Assembly: GCA_013265495.1 (NCBI GenBank)
Contig: MU058654.1
Span: forward strand, 124,001-188,000
Length of the DNA: 64,000 nt
Direction of reading: 5' to 3'
Source: Vicugna vicugna
Lineage: Eukaryota
Each line of letters opens with the position of its first letter. The stretch's first letter is position 1. Position numbers and translations under genes: made by a program. Below, one piece after another: positions 51,151 to 63,620 of the stretch. The notes beneath the pieces were generated by a model. It saw nothing but the letters and a program-made list of their open reading frames with translations, did no database searches and was not told the DNA's origin.

Positions 51151-52869
51151 AAACTTTTTTTTTTTACTTTTTAAAAAATTAAGGGCATATTTTATTTCAA
51201 ACCCTGAGACTCTCTTTTGTCATCCAGAAATATTTTGCAATGGAATTACATTAAAATATAACTTTTGGTCTCTGCCTGTAGAAAGGTGCCTGCCAGGAGC
51301 AGGTGATCAATAAATACTTTTTCAATGAATAAATAAAAAATGACTGTCTTTTAAAAACACAATAGAAAGGTTTGATGGTAGAATGGACGCTCCCTGAGAG
51401 GTATTCAGCCTTCACAGGAACAGGTGAGGATTCCTGTTTCCGTCTTCACCCACTCCTGCCAGGATACAGGCCATAAACATAGATGTGACGGAAGCAGTCC
51501 CAAACCTGGAGATACTAATTTGACACAATAACCCAATGAGAGAGGTGTGTTTGTAAACCAAGGACTGGGTTGATGATTTAAGAAAACAACTGTGAGTTCT
51601 GTATTCTATCCTCTCGTTCCCTGGGTGGAAGGCTGGTTGGTAGTTTGACGCACAGGATAACTGAAAACCTGTCTTTCTCCAAGGTAGTGAGTAGGGAACC
51701 ACCTGTGACCCTGGGGCTCTCCCAGAGCTGGGAAAGGAAGCACCATGGGCCAACAAGTCTCTCAGCACAAGTCCAGGTCTTTTGAGGTGGCTTATTTAAA
51801 TTCTTCAGTTAATCCCTCTGGGTGGTAAGGGCCTGACGTCTGTGGCTCAGGAGGATGGGACGCGACACGTGCAACAGGGCAGAGCAGAGAGTCTGGCACA
51901 GTAAATCTATAGTCAGACTGTAGTTTCTCTGTTTTCAGGCCAAATTCTGATTTGGTATCCTTTGCCCCTGAGTTTAGAGGTTCTCTGGGTTCAGCTGAAA
52001 ATCTAGGTTCCTTTCTTTCTCAGCTCTGGGAGAGCCCCAGGGTTCTGCACAAATTCTGATCTCGAATTTCTCTGCCACTTTTGCTCGTCTGCCTGTATCA
52101 TCTGCTTTCCATCTCCCAAAAATCTGTTGAAATATCTCACCTGCAGTAAATCCTCCCTCTGCTCATTTCTTTCACCGTCACTCGATTTCCATTTGTACAA
52201 CCCGGGATGGAGGCGATCACCATATTGAACTGGAATTCACGTCTACCTTTGATTTCTTTCACTAAGGCTCTTGCTTTTACTTTGCTCTTTTAAGCCTTAA
52301 ACTTTTGTTATCTGCACTTAGAGTGCCTTTCATTCCTTGTAAAAGCTCCATATTTCTAGATTTAATATCAAAATCTGTATTTTTTTTCCTGGAAATTTAT
52401 AACCAAATCACCATTTTGTATTGAGCCATGAGGGAAAAATGGCAGCAAATATTTACAGTGAGATTTACTGATCTTTTAAAGGGGAAGAAAAATCTCTAAG
52501 TGGTACCACTGAGTAGACCCCGATGGATAAGTGAGAGGCAGCATTCTACGCATCCTTTGTACATATATGCTCTCTATGTCTCTGCTGTATCTTCTTCTCT
52601 TTCTCCACACCCCTTCTTCATCTTCAGTTGCTTTGCATGGCAGCTTTTTTCATACTATTTTATTTTTTAACTATGCATGCATTACCTTGATTAAAAAGAA
52701 AAGATCAAATAGGTAGAGCAAGCAGAATATATGCACATAGGATAAGACCTTTGCAAGCAGGTATAGAACTGGCATCAAGCAACCACCTCATTCACTCTGA
52801 GCTGATCACTACCACGGAAGAAGGTAAGGAGGAGGAGCAGTTTCTTCTCTTCAGAACTTTCTTTTTCTA

Positions 52870-53122
52870 CACATGGTTTTAATATGTCAACTTGACTAAA
52901 TGAAACTACAAGAATGAAAGGGAGGGTATCACCTTTCCCCGTGCCCACGACTTTGGCCTCTTCATTATCTTCTTTTGTTGATTGCCTACTCTGCAAATTT
53001 CAGACTTGCTTGTCCAGCCCCCACAATCACATGAGTTAATTTCATGAAATCTATCTTCCTTCCTTCCTTCCTTTTTCTTTCCTTCCTTCCTTCCTTCCTT
53101 CCTTCCTTCCTTTCTTTCTTTT

Positions 53123-53154
<32 letters not shown>

Positions 53155-53210
53155 TCCTCTTTCTTCTTCCCTCTCTTCTCCCTCTCTGTCTAATTTCCTT
53201 GGAGTTCTAG
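52870..53210 (+). mobile_element. MLT2-like LTR remnant with (TTCC)n(TTTC)n expansion at 53056-53190
   Basis: ATATGTCAACTTGACTA start; ATTTCAGACTTGC...AGCCCCCACAATCACATGAG before the pyrimidine tract. Confidence 0.65.
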
Positions 53211-53219
53211 CATAAAAAT

Positions 53220-53440
53220 AGGTAATGGGCAATTACCCTACTGAGCACCTATAAATGTCAGACATTCTACAATGGTTCTTACGTGCATTATATTTCCCAT
53301 TTCACAAAGGATCCGGTATTTTACAGATTAGCTTGACAAGGTTCAGGAAGGTTAAATTACTTCCCGGTCCTCACAGCAAATAAGTGGCAGAATATGATAT
53401 GAATCTCACTTACTACAGAGTTTATGTTTTTTTTCCTATG
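53220..53440 (-). mobile_element. MIR SINE
   Basis: TACTGAGCACCTA...ATTTTACAGAT...AGGTTAAATTACTT...TAAGTGGCAGA. Confidence 0.7.
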
Positions 53441-54139
53441 TACCTGGAAACTTCAAAATTAAGATTATTGCTACAAAGCCAGTTTCCAAAGGGACACTTA
53501 AACCATCCAGAGGGTTAGATTTTGTTTTTTCACTCAACTCTGCCCTATTCATGAATCTCTTTAGCCATCATATATTTGTACAGCATTTTAAAATATGCTT
53601 GGTGCTCATAATTATACCAGATGGAGGAAAGAGACTTAATTCTCCCCATGCTTACTGGTAGTAGCCTCCCTCAGACCAACTAATCCATTCTCCTGGCTTC
53701 TACAATGCCTAAGTTTTCTCAGAAGTAAATGTTGTTTTATTATTCCATTAGTTTGGGATGCTTCTGTGAGTTCCAACTGGAAAAGCTTATCAGCAGTAGG
53801 TGTTTAGCTCAAATCCCTCCTCATTTAAACTTCAAAATTATTTGTGTATCCACCATGTGCCAAACACTCTGCACGAGAAATTCAAAACTTAAGGAGTACT
53901 GGGAGCTTCCAGCATCAACTAAATCAATGATCAGAGAACTGTGGTCATTTCTACAAAGACCTAGCAAAGGCTCCCAGGAGAGTATAGGAAAGGAGCAGTT
54001 CATTGCACTCAAGAGTCTAGGTGGGACTTCTAAGAGTCTTCTCTTTTATTTTATTAGAGGTCGTGTTTTGTGCTTGATAGATTTATCATTTTTGTTTTTG
54101 TTGTTGTTTCACTTTTGAGAATAAGTTACAAACTACTTA

Positions 54140-54660
54140 GGGGAAAAAGAGGAAGGCTGTCTTGGCAAGGGGCAGAGCACAGGTGAAAGTTCAGAAGAGA
54201 AAAATAGCAGAATGAGAGAAGGTACAGCAAAGAGTTACTATTTTTGCAGATCATGGGCACATCAGAGGGAGGCTGGAGAGGAGAGAGGTCCAGGGCAGAA
54301 ATGGCAATGCTGTGAGCAAATGTCTCAAAACGAAGGCAGTCCCTCTAGGAGTTTGAGGAATACAGTGAGATGATGAGTTGAGAAAGCTTATTCTGGCCGA
54401 GCGGGAGGGATGGTATCAAGGGCCACGCTGGAGGAAATGAGACAAGTTGGGAGGCTCACCCTGTCGTCCAGGTGAGAAATGATGCAAGCCTGAACCCAGA
54501 GGATGGCAAAAGGATTAGAAAAGGTGATGGATGTGCGATGTTTAGGAAAAAGAACCTGTTACACTTGGTGACTGATTATATTTGTGGGTTAGGTAGGAGG
54601 GAGAAATGCAGTTATATGAGGATAGCACTTGGCTGTTAATGATGATTATCACCAAGAAAA
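54140..54660 (-). mobile_element. L2 fragment
   Basis: TCCAGGTGAGAAATGATG, ACACTTGGTGACTGATT motifs. Confidence 0.6.
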
Positions 54661-57600
54661 AGGGAAACGGCCCTTAAACCTTCCCCTCCTCTCAGAACCC
54701 CAGAGGCACAGATATCCACTCATCCTCCTCTGCATGCTATGGGGTCCTGGGAGTGAGGGGTGATTTATGGTTGATCCTAAACTACTCATGATCGACTCAT
54801 TCCTCTGCATGTATTTTTTAGGAACGGCCCCTTAATTCAGGAACTCAGGATTTTACTTTGTTTTGCTATAATGACTGTGCAAAGAAATGCATGCATGGAT
54901 GCACCAGTTCTGTTTAGTTTTCCTCTCTCTGGATTATGTTTCAAAGAGTTGTTTTGTTTGTTTGTTTTTTTTTTTGACTCTATAAGAATGATGAAATAAC
55001 TGCCTTCAAAACATAGACATACTACCTGTGTTTACTATATATATTGACAAAGTGCTGTAGCTTCTCAGCATACGTTCGTTTTTTTCTTTTTTCAGAGGAT
55101 GCTTGGGAGAAATTAGTATATATCATATGGTACCCATGCTATTTGATACCTGGCAAAATCTCCTGCTGAATATATCGATTCTCACCACATGGCTACCCCT
55201 GACAAATGCCAGTAGTCTGGGTACGTGTGAAGCCAAAATGGAATTGTAAGGATAATTGTGAGGGGGCAGAGGAGAGGAAGAGGGAACCAGAGACCAGCAT
55301 CTTCTAGAAAGAAACAGGTAGATACATTGAATTTTAAAGTCTTTTTGCTTTTCAGATTTTGCACTGCAATCAAGACAAAACAAGCAAAAAAAAAAAAAAA
55401 GAATGTTTCCATCAACCAGAAAATGCATTCACATTCATAGATGCATACTCCAAATGTCAAGAAATGGCAAATAAGGGCTACTAGCCCCCCTATCCTCCTT
55501 GCACGGAAAGAGAATCAGCTGTTCCCACCTGGCCTTGGTAAAAGCGGCGAGCTTTTAAGTTTTAAGGAATATAAAAGATGTGGTGCATACTGTCTCAATC
55601 AAAATGTGTTCTTGCTCTTGTAGATACTTGTTTTGATTGTGTTTTCACGGTGCAGTGGTGAATACCATCAGCCTCGCTTCCCAGCGCAGCTCAGAGTGGA
55701 GAAACTGCTGTCTCTGAAGATATCTGTGGCACCAGGATGGTGGGAAAAAAAAAAAAGTGAAATTCAAGGTATTGAAGATGAAACTACAAAGAAATATGAA
55801 AGAATAGACAGGCATTAAAAAACTCCCTGCAGGGGGCTGGAAGCAAGAAAGAGGGGGACAAAAATCTATTACAACAAAATAATAAAGTCTTTTTTAAAGT
55901 TTAAGGGGAAAATCATCTTGTTCTGTGAAAAGATGGCGAGACATGCTCATTGATCTTTTTAAGAGACAACAAAAAATTGGCCGTCAACTGAATAAAAGAA
56001 AATGAAGTTCCATTAATACAATCTGCCGAAAGACAACTCGGATAAATTGATCAGCGCAGTACAAACCATTTCTAACCTTTCCCCCTATTTGGAGAGGATG
56101 TTTTTTCAAGAGAGTAAACAACATACATCATCAACTTCAAGTGCTTTTTAGATGGCTTTTCCAGCAATAATGGAAACGGAGAATTTCTGGAACTAAGCGT
56201 GTAATGCTTTTTTTTTTTTTAATCAGTCTGAGGAATATCAATACATTTGGAAAGATTTGGACATGATTTTTTTCTTTTTGGTAATTTTCATGTTGTAGTT
56301 GATTTCTTCTTTAGACTGACTTTTCAAAAATATTAATGTATAAGCTGTAGTGGCTTTGTTACTGATTTCAGGATCCGCCATCAAAGGGACCATCAACTTG
56401 AAAAGATAAACACCTTGTTTATAGATCTGTATACTAAAACTTTTAAAAGAAACTGTTTTTTTTTCCTCCATAGTTTTGCTTCTGTTTGAAGGAAGAGCAA
56501 ATGAAAATATTTGTATTTATTCCCCCTCCCTTCCTCCCACCAAATGAATAACTTAAACACATCTTCTAATTTAAAAATTACTTACAGAAGATATATAGTA
56601 TAAACTTTCTAAGATAGCTTTCTAATACAATATAAGAGAATTATGTGTTTTACTTTAACACATAGCAAGAATTGCATATAATTTACTGTAAATTAAAAAT
56701 TTTTGGCAGTTCAGTGAATAAGTGGAAATCTCTTTGGTGCAGTGCATTCTTCTGATAAGGAAAAGAGTTTAAGAGAACGTGACGTGGTACTAAAACTCTG
56801 TTTACAAAATGCCAATGTGTATTTTAAAATGTGTATTTATTAACATGTTTTCAGGTAAGCAGTAATTTAAAATAGTTCTTATATTTCAATACCAAAATAA
56901 TGATGCTGGCGCTATCTCTAAGTGTTTGACTTTGTAGAGATGGTGTGGAACAAAACTTTCATGTATTGTGTTTTCTAATGTATTTTGGGTAATTTGTGAA
57001 GGGCCTATAAAGGTATATATTCAATATACAAAAAAATTCTTCCCAGAGGGAAATCTCCTCAGCCTGTGACCTCAGAAAATGATCATAATAAATAAACATG
57101 TCTGAACACAGACACGTAGGGAAGGAGGGGCAAAGAAGAGGGAGACTTAGCTGAGAACCAGGGAAATACTGCTCTTTGGTCCATAATGAAATTACACTTG
57201 GGGTCTTCTTAGTACCTAGAGGAGGGCAGGCATGCTTTATAGACACCTCAGTGAATTCAGCATCCTCAATCTCGTAAGCAAGAATTGCACCAAAAATTGA
57301 ATAGTCCCTTTCCTGGGAGAAGATTCATTTATAGGGTCAGGGAGACAGTTAACATAAGTCAAAGAGCAGGGGTGGATCATCTGTTCTGTTAGTCATCTTC
57401 TAAAGGGCATTTTAGCAACTTGCTGAATTTTAACACACTTGCTTTTTTTCCTGAGGTAGAGAAAGAGTAGAGAGAAGAGACACGGAGATGTAAAGATTCA
57501 TAGAGCAATCAGAGAAACACATGATTTACCAAAACGGCTTGGAATTACAAGGAATATATTTTCTGGAAGTGTCACCCTCTTCATAGAAAGTCATTTTCTC

Positions 57601-58499
57601 AGCCCAGTCGGTCTTTTGAAGTAGACTGTTGTTGAAGATAAAGTCGAGGCAGGGTTTCAGTTCAGGACATCGTGTTAATGGTGCTGCAGGAGACCCTCAG
57701 ACAGTGAATTCTAGGCGCACCCGCATATGGAAGCCCCGGCTGAACGGCTGTCTTGTCTATCCTTTGAGGAGGTGCTACGTGCTCAGGAAAAGGTTGCAAA
57801 TTCTTCCATCCCCTTTGTTTCAGGAAGGTGGAAATGACAGATCATTTTAATTTTGTCTCTACTATTGAGAGTATTAGGCTAAACGCATTGGAGGCTTTTA
57901 TAAGTGAATCAGAATGAAACAGTACGATAGGATAAATATTAAATTTAAGGAATTTCCTGATTTTTTTTTCTTTATAGACTGCGGACTAAAGTTCTCTCCC
58001 GGCTAGCATCTGGACCCTGCTTAGCAGACCACAATTCATACTCTGTCTGTCAGAGCCTTTCTGCCCTTCTCTGCTCACCTTCGGGTTTTACATTACTACA
58101 GCATCCTAAAGGCATTTCCGTACGGACAAAACTCAATATAGTGTAGCAGATGCGTATCCACTTACTTACCTGAGAAGCACACCAACTCCTACCTGATATT
58201 GTTTTTAAATTTTGTTATAAAATCTAATAAAGCGTTTCAATTGCACATAGATGTGTGAGAATGTCTATCATTTATTCCACTTCCTTTCATTTACCTGTTC
58301 GTTGTTTGGAGGGGCTAACTTACTAAATTTATGTGTCTGTCATATCTCAGCTAAATTTGTAGTACTTATGAGAAATAGATGAGAAGAAACATGACTCTAG
58401 AAGATTCAGATTCAATGACTGTGTGTTTTATAAAGCTGAGGGGGATTTACATGGAGAGGAACCTAAGCCCAGAAGGTTCCGCAGGGAAAATGAGGAATG

Positions 58500-58700
58500 A
58501 TTATTTATTGAAGACTCCCATTGCCCAAGGCGCTCTGCCAGGCGCGGAACATTGACTGTCGCAGTCTTTACACCATTCTTGTGAATTAGGTTTGATCCCT
58601 ATTTTAAAGAAGAGCCAATTCAGTCTCGCTGAAGGTAAATAATTTGCTCAAGCAGTGAGGAAATGACAGAGCCCAGGTTTGGACCAGATATATCTGACCG
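58500..58700 (-). mobile_element. MIR SINE
   Basis: ATTTATTGA...TGCCAGGC...AAGGTAAATAATTTGCTCAAG...ATGACAGAGCC. Confidence 0.7.
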
Positions 58701-58920
58701 CATTATGGGAACTAGGAACTACAAGAGCATGTCTTCAGCTGTGTTCAGAATATATACATAATACATACTATATGTGTGTGTGTATATATATATGTATGTA
58801 AGTGAATATACATTTATATGCACATATTTGATCTAATAGAACACCCTTAGAGGGTCTTTTTGTAGAATGTATTATTTTAGTTTCTTTGTTTTTATATTTC
58901 TCTGGGATAAAAACGGTAAT

Positions 58921-59060
58921 GCGGAGGGGTGTAGCTCAGTGGTAGAGTGAGCGCTTAGCATGCATGAGGTCCTGGGTTCAATCTCCAGTCCCTCTATTAA
59001 AAAAATAAACAAATGAATAAAGTAGATTACCTCCCGCTGCCAAACAAACAAACTAGTAAA
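58921..59060 (+). mobile_element. tRNA-derived SINE, camelid Vic-1-like
   Basis: GGGGTGTAGCTCAGTGGTAGAG (A box) ... GGTCCTGGGTTCAATCTCCAG (B box), followed by an A-rich stretch, ATTACCTCCC and an A-rich tail. Confidence 0.85.
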
Positions 59061-59309
59061 ATGGCTTTGATTTCACAGTACTACTCATTTTGTGAAACTT
59101 CTCATTTATCTACCAGAACCTTTTCTTTGGGATTTTCTTAACCCCAAAGTCAATGCTAGGTCAATTCCCAAGAGATATTTTCTAATTTTAGGTCTCATTG
59201 ATCTTAGGTTTTCATGTGACTCATTAAAATATAGCTTGCCAAATCAAAAAAAGAAGAGTTAACTTCTTGAATTCTTTGTTCTTATGCAACAGACTTAGAC
59301 AGATTCGGA

Positions 59310-59900
59310 ATGTAATCCATTGATCAAATATTTATTGAGTGCCTGTCTATTATGTATCAGGCTCTCCTCCAGCTGAGAGAAGGAGACAAAATAGAAAACA
59401 TCCCTGCCCTCAAAGAGATGGCATTCTAGTAAGGAAGAGAGAGAGTAAGTCAGCAAATAACTAAGTCTATAAGCACGTGCACAATACAATTTTAGGTGTT
59501 GGTGGCTGCATCGAAGGGAAGGAGAACAGCTCAAGGAGGCAGCAAGTGAGTGGAAGCGGGGGTTATATCAGGTAGAGCAGGGAAGACAGGTGCGTCTAAG
59601 TAAAGACCTGGATGACGGGAGAGAAGCATGAGAGGGTCTTTAGAAGAACCAGGCCAGGAGGTGGGAAGAACAAACATAAAAGTCCAAGGAAAGAATGAAC
59701 TTGGCGACGACTAGCAACTGGGAGAAGACCAGTGTGGCAGGAGATCCTGAGCCAGAAAAGAAAGGAAGGTGAGTCTGTCGCGGAAGCAGTGGTCAATTTT
59801 TAGGTGGCTTTAGAGGAGTTCCACTTTTATCTGAGGTGTTTGGGAGCAGAGAATAGACATATTCTGACCAGATCCTTTTTTTGAAAAAAAAGTTCATTCT
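59310..59900 (-). mobile_element. L2 3' end
   Basis: CAAATATTTATTGAGTGCCTG...TCCCTGCCCTCAAAGAG...CATTCTAGT. Confidence 0.75.
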
Positions 59901-60399
59901 GCTATAGTATGCAAGTCGGTGGAATGAAGAGTTACCCTGTGTGATTATAGAATGAAAGCTCTGTCCCTCTATTTCTACACAGTCATTAAATCTGGGTCTT
60001 CTACAAACACTGAGATGTCGAAACAGATATAAGCTGTGATTCAAAACATTGCTCTGTCAGATATCTGGGGAACGTATTCTCCAAATTCCAAACCCAAATT
60101 GGGTCCTAATCCAAAGGATATACAGACTGATCTGGGTCCTAAACTTCCAAAATTGTATGCGAATTTCCCAGATACTTTAGAGCAGCAATACTCAACTTAA
60201 GCCTGAGTTTCTCATTTTCTCATTTAACATAATGGAAAACCAGGTGTGTGTATGTGTGTATGTGCATATAATAATATATTTTGTATGCATCGTAACAATA
60301 TATTTTTGTAAATGTTATGTATCTGTATATACATTTACCCACGACTTCCTTGAGGACCTTGACAGTTCTCCCCTAATAAACATACTCTGTACAAGTTGC

Positions 60400-62672
60400 T
60401 AATTCTTAATTTTATTTTCTGAGTACTCATTGCAATTGTATAGAAATACAGTTAATTTTAGTTTATTAATCATGTGTCCTGCAACCTTGCTGAACGTATT
60501 AGTCCTAATAGTTTTTGTGTGGGCTTCTTAGAACATCCTATATATAAGGTCGTGGCATCAGCCAATATAGATAGTTTCACTTCTTTCTTTCCAATCTGGA
60601 TGGCTTTTATGATTTTTTTTTCTTACCTGATGCCCTAGCTAGAACCCCCAGGACAATATGGAATAGAAAATGTGGGGGTAGATATCCTTATTTTGTTTCT
60701 AATCTCAAGGGGGAAGCTTTTGGTCTTTTACCATTAAGTGTCACGTTGCTTAGGCTGGTTTTAGGTGTCCTTTATCAGCATGAGGAAATTCCATTCTATT
60801 ATCATTTCTTGTGCATTTTTATCATAAAAAGCTATTGGATCTTCTTGCCAAATGCCTCTTCCGCACCTCTCGAAATGATCATGTAGCTTCTGTCCTTTAT
60901 TCTGTCAATGTGATTCGTTACATTGATTTAATTATAATTGATTTTATGTTTCTGGATTCAGTCTGTTACTGTTTGGTTGAAGATTGTGCATCCATAATTA
61001 TAAGAAATATTAGCCTATAAATTCTTTTCTTGTGATATCTTTGGTTTTTACAGCAGTCATACTGACCTCATAGAATTAGTTGGGAAGTGTTCCCTCTTCT
61101 ACTTTCAGAGAAAGTTTAGAAGTACTGATGTTAATGCTTGTTAACGTTAACATTAGCATTTGGTGGAATTAATCAGTGAAGTCATTTGGGCCCGGGCGTT
61201 GGTGATGCAAAAGGAGGGGTTTATTTAATTACTAATTCAATATTTTTCAACTTTATGAATTTATATTATCTGTTTCTTTTTGAGTCAGTTTAAGTAATTA
61301 GTACTTTTCTACAAATTTGCCAATTTTGACTAGGTTATTGAATTTGCCATCATGCAATCACTCGCACCATTCCCTTTTACTGATTTTTAATTCTTCAAGA
61401 TTGGGAGTAAGGTCCCCTCTACTGTGTCTGGTTTTAGTAATTTAAGTCTTTGTGTTTCTTTTGGTCAGTCTGACATTTTGTCAATTATGCCAATTTTTTT
61501 TTGAAAGAATTAATATTTTATTACATTGATTTTCTTAGTTTTTTCTATTCTCTGTTTTATTTTTTTCTTTAATCTTTATTATTTTCTTCCTTCTATTTGT
61601 TATGTGTTTAGTTTGTTTTTTTTTTGTTTTTTTTTGTTTTTTTCTATTTTCTTTGGGTAGAAGACTAAGTTACTCATATGAAATCTTTTTTATTATAGGT
61701 ATTTATAAATTTTCCTCTTGTTTAACACTGTTTTAGTTGCATTCCATACATTTCAGAATGTTTTCTTTTCAATTACATTCATATCAAAACATTTGTTAAA
61801 TTCTTTTGTGTTTTTTTTTTCTCAGAATCATTGGTTCCTTAGCAGTGTCTTCTTTAATTTCCATGTATTTATTTACCAAATGTCCTTCTCGATTTCTACT
61901 TTTATTTTCTGGTGGGCTGAAGACACACTTCTGGTGTTAATTTCAATTTTTTATATAAATCATTGAGGTTTGTTCAATGGCCTAACATTTGGTATGTTCT
62001 GGAAAAGGTTCCACGTGCTCATGAGAAGAATGTATATGGTGCTCTTGTTCCAAGGAGGCTGTAGAGTTTTCTATGAGGTCTGATTGGTTTATACTGTCAT
62101 TCAAGCCTTCTGTTTTCTTGCCCATGTTCTGTTCTAGCTGCTTTATCCATTTTGAAAGTGGGGTATTGATGTATCCCAGTATCATTACTGAGTTGTCTGC
62201 ATTTTTCTTCAATTTTGTCAATATTGTTTCAAATACGTAAAGGCTCTGTTATTAGTATAGCACGTCTACACGTGTTATGTCTTTCTGGTGGGTTTACCCT
62301 GTTATTATTATAAAAAGTCCCTCTCTCCCTCTAGTCACATTTTTTTTAATGTCTCTCTTTTCTGGTACTCAACTCTTTTGCTGTTCTAGTTTGCCTCTTT
62401 GAATCTAAAGTTTACCTCCTACAATTCAAATATGACAACCTCTGTCCTTTGATTAGAGTGATAACCTTTTTCCATTTCATGTTATTAGCATAGTTGTGTG
62501 TATTCTACCATTTTGCTTTTTCTTTTCTATAAAACTCATGTCTTTTTCCTTCTATTCTGCCTTTTTGCCTTCCTTTATAGTAATTGAATGTTTCCTAATG
62601 TAACATTTTAAATATCTTACTAATTTTAATGATATTTTGTGTTATTTCCTAATGGTTGCTCTAGGAACTACA
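60400..62672 (-). mobile_element. Old L1 (decayed ORF2 and inter-ORF region)
   Basis: Antisense ORF2 motifs; the ORF at 61982-62221 gives an endonuclease-like remnant (LGYINTPLSKW...LNDSINQSDLIE). Confidence 0.88.
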
Positions 62673-63620
62673 ATTTCCTTCATCAATGTTTTGTACGTTT
62701 CAGGGTATGATTCTTTCACCTCCTTGTTTAAGTTTCTTTCTGGGTATTTTGTTCTTTTTACACGATTTCAAATAGATTTTTTGCTTTCTCTTTCTGATAG
62801 TTCATTATTAACATATACAAAAGTAACAAAGATTAAAATACAAAAGTATTGCAAAAGCAATTATGACTATGATTAACAGTGAGAAGATAACATAAAGATG
62901 AAAAATATGACTTAAAAAACACAAATTGTGAGGAAGAAAAGGAAGGCAAAGTGTAGATCTTTTAGAATGTGTTTGAACTTAAATGACTACTAGTTTAAAA
63001 CAAGTAAATATAGTTACAGATCAGTATATATAAACCCCACGGTAACCACAAATCAAAAATTTACAATATATACCCAAAAACTAGAGAGAGAGGAACACAA
63101 GTAGATTAGTAAAGGAAATCATCAAACTACAAGGGAAGAAACAAAAAAAAAAGAAATTAACAGAGAATAACTACAAAAACAGACAGAAAACATGTGCTAA
63201 AATGGCAACAAGTACATAGCTATCAAGAACTACTTTAAACGTCACTGGATTAAATTCTCCAATCAAAAGACATAATGTGGCTGATTGGATTAAAAAAAAA
63301 TGACAAAACCCATCTATATGCTGCTTACAAGAGACTCACTTCAGAGCTGAAAATACACACAGACTGAAATTGAGGGAGTGGGAAGAGATATTTCATAAAA
63401 GTGGAAATGACACGAAAGTAAGGGTAAATATTCATATCAGGCAAAAATAGACTTTAAACAAAGTCTATAACAAAAGAAAAGAGCATTATATAATAATAAA
63501 TTGGTCAATACAAAATATTACACTCTTTAACATATATGCTCCCAATACAGGAGCACCTAAATATATAAAGCAAATATTGACATAAAGAAATTGACAATAA
63601 TATAATAATAGCAGGGGACT
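62673..63620 (+). mobile_element. Second L1 nested in the old L1: minus-strand ORF2 piece (62673-62829) joined to plus-strand inter-ORF region and ORF2 endonuclease N-terminus (62830-63620)
   Basis: From 63202, ATGGCAACAAGT translates MATST*LSRTTLNVTGLNSPIKRHNVADWIKK, followed by ATATGCTGCTTACAAGAGACTCAC (ICCLQETH); this is the L1 APE-type endonuclease start. Confidence 0.85.

Noticed and set aside
52906..53232. K/E/R-rich ORF
   Set aside because: Translation of a (TTCC)/(TTTC) microsatellite within an LTR.
58925..58995. tRNA gene (Ala-like)
   Set aside because: No proper acceptor stem or T-run terminator; the sequence continues into a SINE body and A-rich tail.
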